Below the pieces are notes generated by a model. That model had not been told where the DNA came from and searched no databases. It worked only from the letters and a program-made list of their open reading frames with translations. From contig JAPLWQ010000002.1 in the NCBI GenBank assembly GCA_026396515.1, positions 193,230-257,229 on the forward strand: a stretch of DNA of 64,000 nucleotides. Direction: 5' to 3'. Made by a program: the position numbers and the translations under genes. Every line of letters starts with the position of its first letter. Position 1 is the first letter of the stretch. This DNA comes from Candidatus Magasanikiibacteriota bacterium. Lineage in GTDB: Bacteria; Patescibacteriota; Patescibacteriia; Magasanikbacterales; GWA2-37-8. Shown one piece after another: positions 55,898 through 64,000 of this stretch.

Positions 55898-58738
55898 TTA
55901 CTCCACCCGGACTTCCAGCGTTTTCGAAACCGTCTTCCCATCCACGCCAGTTAATAGGCCAACAAGTTCATAGACCCCGGCGCCGGGCGAATTTTTCCAG
56001 CTGAAATTAAGCTTATCAACCAAAAGCTGGTCGTTGTGGTCAAAAGTATAAATTAATTTATTCTGGTCATTACCTGTGAGTTTAATTTGAATATTTTTAA
56101 TATCACTCCAACGGAAAGGAATTATGCCGATCGATCGCGGAAAGTCGTCAGAGCGCACTGTGATGGAAGATCCGTCGACCCAATTGAAATCCGGAGGATC
56201 AAGCTCCGCTTGTAAATCAAAAGTAATTTCCCGGATAGAGCTATTGCCCACGTCGTCAGATGCCAGCACTGTAAGAATATGCAGACCCTTATTCAGATTT
56301 TTTAAATAGTAGTCGGTTGAAAATGGCGGACCGTATTTAACAGCAATTGTATTGTCGTCCAATTTAAAAGTTACCTGGGAAATACCCCGGGGCGCCGATG
56401 CGTTAACGGAAATAACAATATTTCGATCCAGAATTGTTGAGCTGGCCAGTGGCGAAACAATTTCTATCGTCGGCGCTAATGCGGGGTCGGCGGAAAAAAG
56501 ATCCACTTCCGCCGGCGGCTCCGAAAAGGATACAAGCCGCCCGGCTTCTTGTTCGCGCCTTGCCCAATCTTGCAGTGCTGATTCCCAATTTTCATATTGC
56601 GGGTCATCTGCCGGAAACGCCGGGATAGGGCCGCGCGGGTCGTCTTTATTCACATAATACAATATATCATGTGGTGGTAGAAATTCTTTTTCCGCAATCA
56701 AAGCCTCGGGGGTCGATGATGTTGCCAGTTTCCCGTTCAAGCGGTTAATCTTTATTCTCATCACGCCATCTCCACCGCGCAATACCGCTTTATCCGTGTC
56801 ATTTGCCGGCGGTGCCGGGAATTGCTCCGGTGAAGTGGAAGCGAGCGACAGTTTCATAAATCGGTTCCAGATTTGTCCGGCTAATGTGTTGCCACCGCCT
56901 TTCATTGGTGCCGGGGTGGTATTGCCAACCCAAACTCCGGCCGCAAGAGAAGGGACATAACCAAGCGTCCAGGCGTCTTTATAATTGTTCGTGGTGCCTG
57001 TTTTGGCGGCGACCAGGCGGTCAGGCAAAGTTAGAGTACTACCGCGCCCAAAAATATATGAGCGGGCGTTATCATCGGTTAAAACGCTGGAAATTAGCGC
57101 AGCCAGTTCCGGTTTAACGGCCTCGCTCCCTTCGCTGGTTTTGGCCTCAAATATGGTAGCTCCCTTGTCATCAGTTACTTTCAATATACTGCTTGGCTGG
57201 TGGTATCGGCCGTTATTGGCCAGCGTGGCATAGGCGTTGGTGTGTTCAAGAAGGTTAACTTCAGCGCCGCCCAGCACCAAGGAGAGCCCAAAATTGCCGC
57301 CCTTTAGCGTGGTATAGCCAAAACGCTCGGCGAAGTCCGACATATATTGTTCGCCGACCAGATAAAGTGTCTTTACGGCCGGGATATTGAGTGACCCCTG
57401 GAGTGCCTTACGCAGGGTGACCAGACCGTGCTCCTTATTATCATAGTTAACAGGAGTATAATTGCCGCCTGTGCGCATATCAAAATTAGTTGAAACATCA
57501 TAAAGAACGGTTTCCGGGGTGAAACCTTTCTCAAAGGCAGCCGTATAGACAAACGGCTTGAATGATGACCCCGGCTGGCGCTTGCCGAGAACTGCCACAT
57601 TAAATTGCCCGTCGATTTCTTCATTTTGAAAATCGCGAGAGCCGACCATGGCTAATATTTCGCCGGTTGATGGAGCAATTGCCACCAGAGATGCATTATC
57701 TGCATTAGCGTCTTTGGCAAATTTATCACCCAATTCTTTTACGGCCGACTCTGCAATTTTTTGTTTATCATAATCAAGCGTTGTAATAACTTTTAAACCG
57801 GACTGGTCAACCGTCTTTTCTCCAAATTGCTCCGCCAGCAACTGCTTCACATATAAAACAAAATGCGGTGCGTCCATAATGCCTGCGTTTCGGATTATTT
57901 TTAGCGTTTCGTTTTGCGCCGCCGTTTTTTCTTCTTCGGAAATATATCCCTGCTCGTTCATCAGGCGCAATACAACATTTCGCCGCTCTTTTAACATTTC
58001 CTGATCATTTAAATAGCGCGTTGGTTGTTTCAACAATGCAGCCAGTGTTGCCGACTCGGCGAGAGAAAGATCGATCGCTTTTTTTCTAAAATAACTTTGC
58101 GAAGCCGCCTCTATTCCATAGTTGGTTGACCCATATGGAATTTCATTCAAATACATTTTCATTATTTGATCTTTGGTATATTTTTTTTCGAGCCGCAGAG
58201 CCAGAATAGCTTCCTTAATTTTTCTGAAATACGATCTTTCGCCGCCTATAATAGTGTTCTTAATTAATTGTTGCGTTAGAGTGGAAGCCCCGCCTGAGCC
58301 AGCTTGTCGTCCGATTAAATTATTAACACCGGCTCGGATAATGGAAATCAAGCGCACCCCATTATGGGTATAGAAATTTTTATCCTCTACCGCCACCGTC
58401 GCTTTTATCGCCAGCGGCGCTATTTGATCGAGTTCGACCATTGTCCTCTTTTGGTCCTGGTAAACCTCATAAAGCAAATGCTCTCCGGTGCGGTCATAGA
58501 TTTTTGTGCTCTGAGCGACCTGGCGTTCAGACAGCTTTTGCGGGTCAGGTAGCTCGCGGCTGACGACCACGACCACGATTGTGCCAATGATAAAACAGGC
58601 GACGCACAAAGCGATGCCGCCCAAAATAATTATTTTCAGCCATTTTCTGTCCCTTTTTTGTTGACGCCGCGCATTTTTTTCCGGCTCCACCGTCCCATAC
58701 GCCCGGCGCTCCTTTTCAATCAAATGCTTTATTGGCAT
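55898..58738 (-). CDS. Class A penicillin-binding protein (PBP1A type) with C-terminal Ig-like extension
   Basis: N-terminal TM helix, glycosyltransferase-51 motifs (RQAGSGGASTLTQQLIKN), transpeptidase SxxK/SxN/KTG motifs, about 250-aa C-terminal extension. Confidence 0.9.
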   Translation of the reverse strand: MPIKHLIEKERRAYGTVEPEKNARRQQKRDRKWLKIIILGGIALCVACFIIGTIVVVVVSRELPDPQKLSERQVAQSTKIYDRTGEHLLYEVYQDQKRTMVELDQIAPLAIKATVAVEDKNFYTHNGVRLISIIRAGVNNLIGRQAGSGGASTLTQQLIKNTIIGGERSYFRKIKEAILALRLEKKYTKDQIMKMYLNEIPYGSTNYGIEAASQSYFRKKAIDLSLAESATLAALLKQPTRYLNDQEMLKERRNVVLRLMNEQGYISEEEKTAAQNETLKIIRNAGIMDAPHFVLYVKQLLAEQFGEKTVDQSGLKVITTLDYDKQKIAESAVKELGDKFAKDANADNASLVAIAPSTGEILAMVGSRDFQNEEIDGQFNVAVLGKRQPGSSFKPFVYTAAFEKGFTPETVLYDVSTNFDMRTGGNYTPVNYDNKEHGLVTLRKALQGSLNIPAVKTLYLVGEQYMSDFAERFGYTTLKGGNFGLSLVLGGAEVNLLEHTNAYATLANNGRYHQPSSILKVTDDKGATIFEAKTSEGSEAVKPELAALISSVLTDDNARSYIFGRGSTLTLPDRLVAAKTGTTNNYKDAWTLGYVPSLAAGVWVGNTTPAPMKGGGNTLAGQIWNRFMKLSLASTSPEQFPAPPANDTDKAVLRGGDGVMRIKINRLNGKLATSSTPEALIAEKEFLPPHDILYYVNKDDPRGPIPAFPADDPQYENWESALQDWARREQEAGRLVSFSEPPAEVDLFSADPALAPTIEIVSPLASSTILDRNIVISVNASAPRGISQVTFKLDDNTIAVKYGPPFSTDYYLKNLNKGLHILTVLASDDVGNSSIREITFDLQAELDPPDFNWVDGSSITVRSDDFPRSIGIIPFRWSDIKNIQIKLTGNDQNKLIYTFDHNDQLLVDKLNFSWKNSPGAGVYELVGLLTGVDGKTVSKTLEVRVE

Positions 58739-58892
58739 AAGTAAAAAATCACCTCAAATTGGACTTGAACTATATCATTATAGCAGTATCGTCGACTCTT
58801 GACAAAAACCATATTTTATGGTAATATTATGTGTTAAAATTATACAGCGAAAATATCCTAAATAGGATATTTTTTGCTTAAATAAGCCATTT

Positions 58893-59600
58893 ATGGACAA
58901 TACATTAAGAAAGAGCTTGTTTTCTAGCGGTAAACTGTGGTTAGTTTCAGCCATTACCGTTATTATCTTTATCCCTACTGTTACTTTGGCTAAATCTAGC
59001 GAAGTTTTCTGCTCATATACCTCTTTGGACCATTATTTAGCTATGTATTATAAGCAAAATAAGGTGAAAGAGCTGAAAACTAGCCAAAAAGGTGAAGATA
59101 AATTGAATTTGGCTCAGACTGCGGAGAAAACGAAGGTTGCCATAGTACCCGCTAAGAACGTAGCCAAAACACAGGTTATCAATCAGTTGGAAAAGCAGAT
59201 TATTGTAAATCCAGCCAAAAAAACCGTGTCTTTACCGGTCGCTGGTCAAAAATCAGCTGGTTCCAAGCCGGATAGAGTGGTAAACGCGGTGATTACTGCC
59301 TACACCTCTACTCCTGACCAAACTGATGATACTCCTGATATAGCAGCTTCGGGCAAACATGTCTATGATGGCATGATTGCCGCGAACTGGCTTCCGTTTG
59401 GTACCCAGATCAAGATTCCTGCCCTTTACGGCGACAAAATTTTTACCGTAGATGACAGAATGAATAGACGTTACGGCTATGGCCGTATGGATGTCTGGTT
59501 GGATACTTCCAAATCAGAGGCCCTCAAGTTCGGCGTCAAGCGCGTTGAAATTGAAGTGTACAATAAAGTGAAAACAAAACAACTTGTGCTGGCAAAATAA
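58893..59600 (+). CDS. 3D-domain protein (MltA-like barrel; YuiC-type)
   Basis: Signal peptide. C-terminal 3D domain with conserved Asp residues (TAYTSTPDQTDDTPDIAASG...VDDRMNRRYGYGRMDVWL). Terminator at 59612-59645. Confidence 0.7.
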   Translation: MDNTLRKSLFSSGKLWLVSAITVIIFIPTVTLAKSSEVFCSYTSLDHYLAMYYKQNKVKELKTSQKGEDKLNLAQTAEKTKVAIVPAKNVAKTQVINQLEKQIIVNPAKKTVSLPVAGQKSAGSKPDRVVNAVITAYTSTPDQTDDTPDIAASGKHVYDGMIAANWLPFGTQIKIPALYGDKIFTVDDRMNRRYGYGRMDVWLDTSKSEALKFGVKRVEIEVYNKVKTKQLVLAK

Positions 59601-59695
59601 CCTTACGAGTCAAAACACCCCGGAGACGGGGTGTTTTGTTTTTATGATTCCCTCACTACGAATTGGTGGACCTCGAATAAAATCTAAAAAATATA

Positions 59696-60133
59696 TTACT
59701 TAGCCGTTCGATCGCCGGCGGAATTGAAGATGCAAATTACGGCGCCGATAATAATTAAAATGTCAGCCAAGTTGAATAGACTGGTAACAAATAGGAAATA
59801 ATCGAGTGTCTTATGGAAGACAAGACGGTCAAATAGGTTGGAGATAGCTCCAAGCAAAATAAATAAAAATCCAAAACGTAAAATAGTATTTTTAGCATGG
59901 AAAAAATAAGTGAGCAGGATTGTAATAAATGCTATCGAAAGTATGATTATCGCGATTTGCGGAACAGGCAGGCCGAAGGCGATACCGGTATTTGTTGAAG
60001 GCGACCAACCTAAAAATCGGTTAACATATGCATCATGGCTCCAGGCAGATGCTGATAAAGTTTTAAATATACGGTCGGCGATAAATAAAAAACCGCCGAC
60101 AATTACGAGTGCCAGGCGGGTGTTGTTCGCCAT
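59696..60133 (-). CDS. lspA: Lipoprotein signal peptidase II
   Basis: 145 aa, four TM helices, conserved NTGIAFG and FNLADI blocks. Confidence 0.85.
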   Translation of the reverse strand: MANNTRLALVIVGGFLFIADRIFKTLSASAWSHDAYVNRFLGWSPSTNTGIAFGLPVPQIAIIILSIAFITILLTYFFHAKNTILRFGFLFILLGAISNLFDRLVFHKTLDYFLFVTSLFNLADILIIIGAVICIFNSAGDRTAK

Positions 60134-60148
60134 ATGATTATCTCAAGA

Positions 60149-60583
60149 TTACAATTCTTGAGTAATGGTTTTTTTGCATTCAACGCAGGCGCTTGAAGTT
60201 GGGCGAGCCAACAGGCGTTTTTCTTCAATCGCTTTTCCACAATATTTACACACCCCGTAAGTTCCTTTTTCAATACGCTCCATGGCTTTGTTCACGTCGC
60301 GTAGAGTTTTTTCCAGCCCTTCCTCAACTGGAAGATTATTGATATATTCAGCCACTTCAGCCGCGTTTTCATCTTCCTTATCTCCGTATTCGGGGAATTG
60401 CGTATCAAAATCATCAGCCACATGCTGGCTTTTTTTTGTAAATTGGCCCAGCTCATTTTCGAGCTTTAGGCGCTGTTCTTCCAGTTGTTTTGCAATCTCG
60501 TCTAGGAAGTCCTTGGAAAAAGAAGATTTTACATTCATAAAATTAATTGAATTCACTGTATCCACAGTAATAGTATATGGCAC
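60149..60583 (-). CDS. DksA/TraR-family C4 zinc-finger protein
   Basis: Coiled-coil N-terminus and C-terminal CKYCGKAIEEKRLLARPTSSACVECK. Confidence 0.75.
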   Translation of the reverse strand: MPYTITVDTVNSINFMNVKSSFSKDFLDEIAKQLEEQRLKLENELGQFTKKSQHVADDFDTQFPEYGDKEDENAAEVAEYINNLPVEEGLEKTLRDVNKAMERIEKGTYGVCKYCGKAIEEKRLLARPTSSACVECKKTITQEL

Positions 60584-61046
60584 TATTATACAAATTTATT
60601 ACCGATAGGTCAAGCAAATGGCCTGAAAATATAAAAGGCCGATACGCCCGTATAACATTGTTGTTTTGAGGCCTCGGCCTTTATTTGTCTACGAGTAAGC
60701 TTTTTTGCCCCTTTCGGGGCCTGTCGGCATTACGCCGTAGAACGATGATTCCAACCGCTTTGGGGTAGTACTCCAGACTTGTCGGCCGATATACGGCACA
60801 ACGAGTTAATAGCGGAGATACCCGGGTTGAAGTCGGAATGCCATGATTTCATTTTTTTATTTGATCGTGGTATTTCGGCTTGTGTTTTTTGCAGTTTGGA
60901 ATCGTAGTGGATTGTATCAATGAACGACATTTACATTTCTTACTACCTAAATAGTATACCATATTTTTGGTATCCTGTCAAGGGTGGGTGTTTTTTGGCA
61001 GGTTTTCTTTAATATTAGCCAAAAAAATGCATATTTTGCAATATTT

Positions 61047-61070
61047 TTTGTGTACACTAGTGTATACAAA
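61047..61070. promoter_or_regulatory. Palindrome P1, copy c
   Basis: TTTGTGTACACTAGTGTATACAAA, one mismatch from a perfect palindrome. Confidence 0.55.
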
Positions 61071-61159
61071 CATTATTTTAGCTATAATTAGGGCAAACTA
61101 TTAGGATTTGTACATAATTTATCCCCATATTCACAGAGTTATCCACAGACATATCCACT

Positions 61160-61183
61160 TTTGTATACACTAGCGTACACAAA
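61160..61183. promoter_or_regulatory. Palindrome P1, copy d
   Basis: TTTGTATACACTAGCGTACACAAA. 113 bp from copy c and about 120 bp upstream of the 61303 gene start. DnaA-box-like TTATCCACA at 61138-61146 is adjacent. Confidence 0.55.
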
Positions 61184-61302
61184 CTGATAGATTAAGTGAC
61201 ATTAAGTTCCTAAGCAGCCTGCGCACCCCGGGATAAATATTTTTTTTGTTAAATACCCGCATGCTTGCTCATTAATTGGATACGGAGTAGACTATACCGC
61301 AT

Positions 61303-62421
61303 ATGAGCCACATAATAACAATTATTCTATTGATTTTGGCTGCCCTAGGCATTGTGTTTGCCAGCCATTTTTTCGTTTATTATTCACTTGGTCATTTTTT
61401 TAAGATTGTTAACCCTGACATCAACACGGCGATGGCTATTGTAATCTCAATTCTAGCTGTTAGCTTTATTGTCGCTTCCGTATTGGCCCACTGGAAGGAG
61501 AACATATTTACTCGGGCACTATATTTTACTTCCGGTCTGTGGCTCGGGTTATTGGTGAACCTGATCATTGCTTTATTGTTAGGATGGTTGGTTTCAGCGT
61601 TAGTGCATTCCGTCGGCATATATCCAAATTTGGCTATAATTGGCGTATTATCAGTTATTTTGGCGCTAATTTACACCTCTTGGGGTGTTTGGAGTGCATT
61701 TAATCCGGTCGTTCGGCATGTGGATATTACCATTAAAAACCTGCCTGAATATTGGAAGCAAAAGACAGTGGTACAAATATCAGACGTGCATTTGGGCCAT
61801 GTTTTTAACAAAAATTTCTTGAATAAAGTGGTAAGTCAAATAAACGCGGAAATGCCGGAAGCAGTATTCATCACCGGTGATTTGTTTGATGGTATGGACG
61901 GGCAGTTGGTTTCTCACGTCGGTCCGCTTGATAGTATTATCGCTAAGTATGGTGTGTTTTTTATTACCGGTAATCATGAAATATATTTTGGCGTTGACCG
62001 GGCAAAACAAATATTGTCACAAACAAAAGTGCGCATTTTATCAGATGAGACAGTCGATTTGGAAGGCCTTCAAATTGTCGGCTTAAATTATTCTGACCAA
62101 TTTGAAGACCGCGATCTTGTAAAACTAATCGGCGAACAGAAAAATTTTTCCGCTGATCGTCCGGCGATATTGCTTTATCACAGCCCGGTGCAGGTAGATA
62201 AGATTAAAAAGGCGGGCATTGATCTTCAACTTGCCGGCCATACTCACGGCGGCCAGATGTTTCCTTTCGGATATATTACCCGGCTGATATTCAGGGGATA
62301 TGACTATGGCTTGTCACGGGATGGCGATTTTTCAATTTACACCACTAGTGGGGTCGGTACATGGGGCCCGACCATCCGTACCGGTAACCGACCAGAAATA
62401 GTGGTCTTACATTTTCAATAA
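61303..62421 (+). CDS. Membrane-anchored metallophosphoesterase (calcineurin-like; YkuE type)
   Basis: Four N-terminal TM helices, then MPE motifs VQISDVHLGH, GDLFDG, GNHE, GHTHGGQ. Confidence 0.8.
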   Translation: MSHIITIILLILAALGIVFASHFFVYYSLGHFFKIVNPDINTAMAIVISILAVSFIVASVLAHWKENIFTRALYFTSGLWLGLLVNLIIALLLGWLVSALVHSVGIYPNLAIIGVLSVILALIYTSWGVWSAFNPVVRHVDITIKNLPEYWKQKTVVQISDVHLGHVFNKNFLNKVVSQINAEMPEAVFITGDLFDGMDGQLVSHVGPLDSIIAKYGVFFITGNHEIYFGVDRAKQILSQTKVRILSDETVDLEGLQIVGLNYSDQFEDRDLVKLIGEQKNFSADRPAILLYHSPVQVDKIKKAGIDLQLAGHTHGGQMFPFGYITRLIFRGYDYGLSRDGDFSIYTTSGVGTWGPTIRTGNRPEIVVLHFQ

Positions 62422-62555
62422 TTTGCTTATTGAGGAGGGAATATTCTCTGACAGCGGCAGTAGCCATTGTCGGTTTTTTGTTGGTAGATCACTGTACTCA
62501 GACTTTAAACCCCATTATGCTGGATTTGAGACGGTGGATGGAGGGAATACCCTTG

Positions 62556-62596
62556 CTTAATACCCTGTAGGTGGTTCACAATGTTCACTTGTTCAC
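62556..62596 (+). repeat. TTCAC-triplet motif, copy C
   Basis: CTTAATACCCTGTAGgtggTTCACAATGTTCACTTGTTCAC. Confidence 0.65.
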
Positions 62597-62724
62597 TACT
62601 TAACTATAATGCACCGAACAATTGAAAAAGGGCGATTAGGTAGATGATGAATAAAAAGCATCCATTAATATAGTATTTTACCATTGCCCTAGAAACCTTA
62701 TGAATATTTTTAGCTTCTTTTTTA

Positions 62725-63222
62725 TTACTCCCACCAATTAATAGTTCTGTATATAAATTCAAAAGATATAATCTTTCTATCCTTAGCATAGCGTTCAATA
62801 TCCTTATCTTTCATGTGCCAGGAATAGGTGTTTTTGCCTTTACGCTGTAAAGCCAGCAAATGTTTCAGCGACAGAATATAACAATAAATTTTTTCGCCAG
62901 CGTCAATCACCAAAGCAAAATAAGGTTTGCATTTGAACGCTTTACAGGCCTTTTTGATTTTCCTGAAATTGTCGTTATCTATGCTTAACGGCGTTCCTTC
63001 CTTGCCGACATTCCGGCTTCTGCCTTTAACAGAAATGCCTATCACTTCTTTTGAACGCAGCCTTCGGGCAATAATATCAATGCCGGTATGGTCTATGATG
63101 GCGCATTCAAAGCCATATTTGGAAAGCCAATAGCGGATAATATTTTCACAAAAATCACCGGTAATCTTGGCATGCCTTGAACTTTTTTTAAGCTTCATAT
63201 TATCTAAAAACCCGCCGAACAT
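62725..63222 (-). CDS. Hypothetical protein, possibly restriction-endonuclease-like (PD-(D/E)xK-type) fold
   Basis: 165 aa. GIDIIARRLRSKEVIGISVKG resembles Hjc/Mrr-type catalytic cores. The weak, spaced D/E/K pattern is the only basis. Confidence 0.3.
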   Translation of the reverse strand: MFGGFLDNMKLKKSSRHAKITGDFCENIIRYWLSKYGFECAIIDHTGIDIIARRLRSKEVIGISVKGRSRNVGKEGTPLSIDNDNFRKIKKACKAFKCKPYFALVIDAGEKIYCYILSLKHLLALQRKGKNTYSWHMKDKDIERYAKDRKIISFEFIYRTINWWE

Positions 63223-63437
63223 AAAAGCGGCGGGTGTGTTTGTTAGTGATTATAGCTGGCAATATCCATAAATAAGCCAAAAATATGCTTATGGCTATAT
63301 TATATCAAAATTAAGCCGTTTTGTCCGTATAAACAAAACGCCCACTGAGGAGGGATCCTTGGTGGGGCTTTGTGCTCATATTATTGAGCCCGAGTATTAT
63401 AGGAGAATACTTGACTTTTAGCCATATTTTGCCTCTC

Positions 63438-63537
63438 TTGACAGGGAAGGTCGTTTTTGGTAAGATATCATCACAATAAATAAACCTGCGACATTTCACC
63501 TGATTTTCTAATCGGGCGAAGGTCGCGGGTTTTTTTA
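63438..63537 (+). ncRNA. Candidate small RNA or leader/attenuator (promoter plus terminator, about 65 nt)
   Basis: TTGACA (63438-63443), 17-nt spacer, TAAGAT (63461-63466). An 8-bp stem CCTGCGAC/GTCGCGGG encloses a 28-nt loop, followed by TTTTTTT at 63531-63537. Confidence 0.3.
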
Positions 63538-63585
63538 TTTAAGGCGCAGCAAATTTAGCCAATAATAATTAATTAATAATTCTAT

Positions 63586-63894
63586 ATGCTTAGTGCTTTG
63601 GAAGATAGCCAAATACAGACAAGTCGGAGCGGAGCTGGAAAGGGGGTTGAAAGAACTGAGGACATTAGCCGAGACATAATGTTTAAAAGGAAATTCAAGG
63701 AATATTTTAATGATGCCGAGCTAGTAGAATTGCTAGCGTCGGTTAAGACGCAGGCTAAAGTGAATCCTGCAATGTTGAAGTTCTGCTTAGAACAAATATT
63801 TGGTCGTGCTCCTCAACGGGAGAAGGATTCAAATGACGAACAAGCCCGGATGCAGATGGCTCGGATAGAGGATTATATGAAAAAATTTTTTTGA
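63586..63894 (+). CDS. Hypothetical protein
   Basis: 102-aa ORF, no recognisable family. Confidence 0.3.
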   Translation: MLSALEDSQIQTSRSGAGKGVERTEDISRDIMFKRKFKEYFNDAELVELLASVKTQAKVNPAMLKFCLEQIFGRAPQREKDSNDEQARMQMARIEDYMKKFF

Positions 63895-64000
63895 AATTAG
63901 AGCAGATTAAGACTGCTGTATGGGAAATTTAAACTCTTTACAAGGTTTTTTTCGAAACAGATAAAAAACGCCGTAACGGTTTTGGCAGAGGAGGTGACTC

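Noticed and set aside
60730-60930. 66-aa minus-strand ORF in the long intergenic region
   Set aside because: No SD, no plausible promoter and no homology. It lies in hairpin-rich sequence.
60584-61302. RNase P RNA, tmRNA or SRP RNA in the long intergenic region
   Set aside because: I searched by eye for P4/CR-I (GGAAAGTCCGG), CR-V (CCCGGCTTA), a tmRNA tRNA-like 3' end and tag ORF, and the SRP GGAAG domain IV motif. None were found. A rejection by eye is not conclusive.

Overview
This 64 kb window is gene-dense and moderately low in GC. It looks like a small-genome bacterium, possibly Candidate Phyla Radiation/Patescibacteria; that placement is inferred from gene content only. It spans the chromosomal replication origin. 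Most of the window is housekeeping genes: ruvB, efp-epmA, rpsF-ssb-rpsR, a secretin-less type IV pilus assembly operon (pilB-pilC-pilM-pilN-pilO-like), ychF, rpsT, holA, polA, hppA, tig, nfo, rnpA-yidD, rpmH, dnaA, dnaN, two NUDIX hydrolases, PBP1A, lspA and a DksA-like protein. Eight tRNA genes are present.

Five things the gene calls do not explain stand out:
1. A ~110-130 bp family of structured repeats, each placed against a tRNA 3' end; one copy is flanked by a tRNA-end duplication.
2. Four small GC-rich gene cassettes, each with its own promoter, strong Shine-Dalgarno, ORF and terminator.
3. A ~40 bp TTCAC-triplet direct repeat that brackets a two-gene island next to tRNA-Gly.
4. Two families of perfect palindromes (24 bp and 22 bp) clustered around tRNAs, rmuC and a metallophosphoesterase gene.
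5. A five-gene cell-surface operon combining a Wzy_C/TPR protein, an FN3/dockerin-like protein and a 961-aa repeat-rich surface protein.
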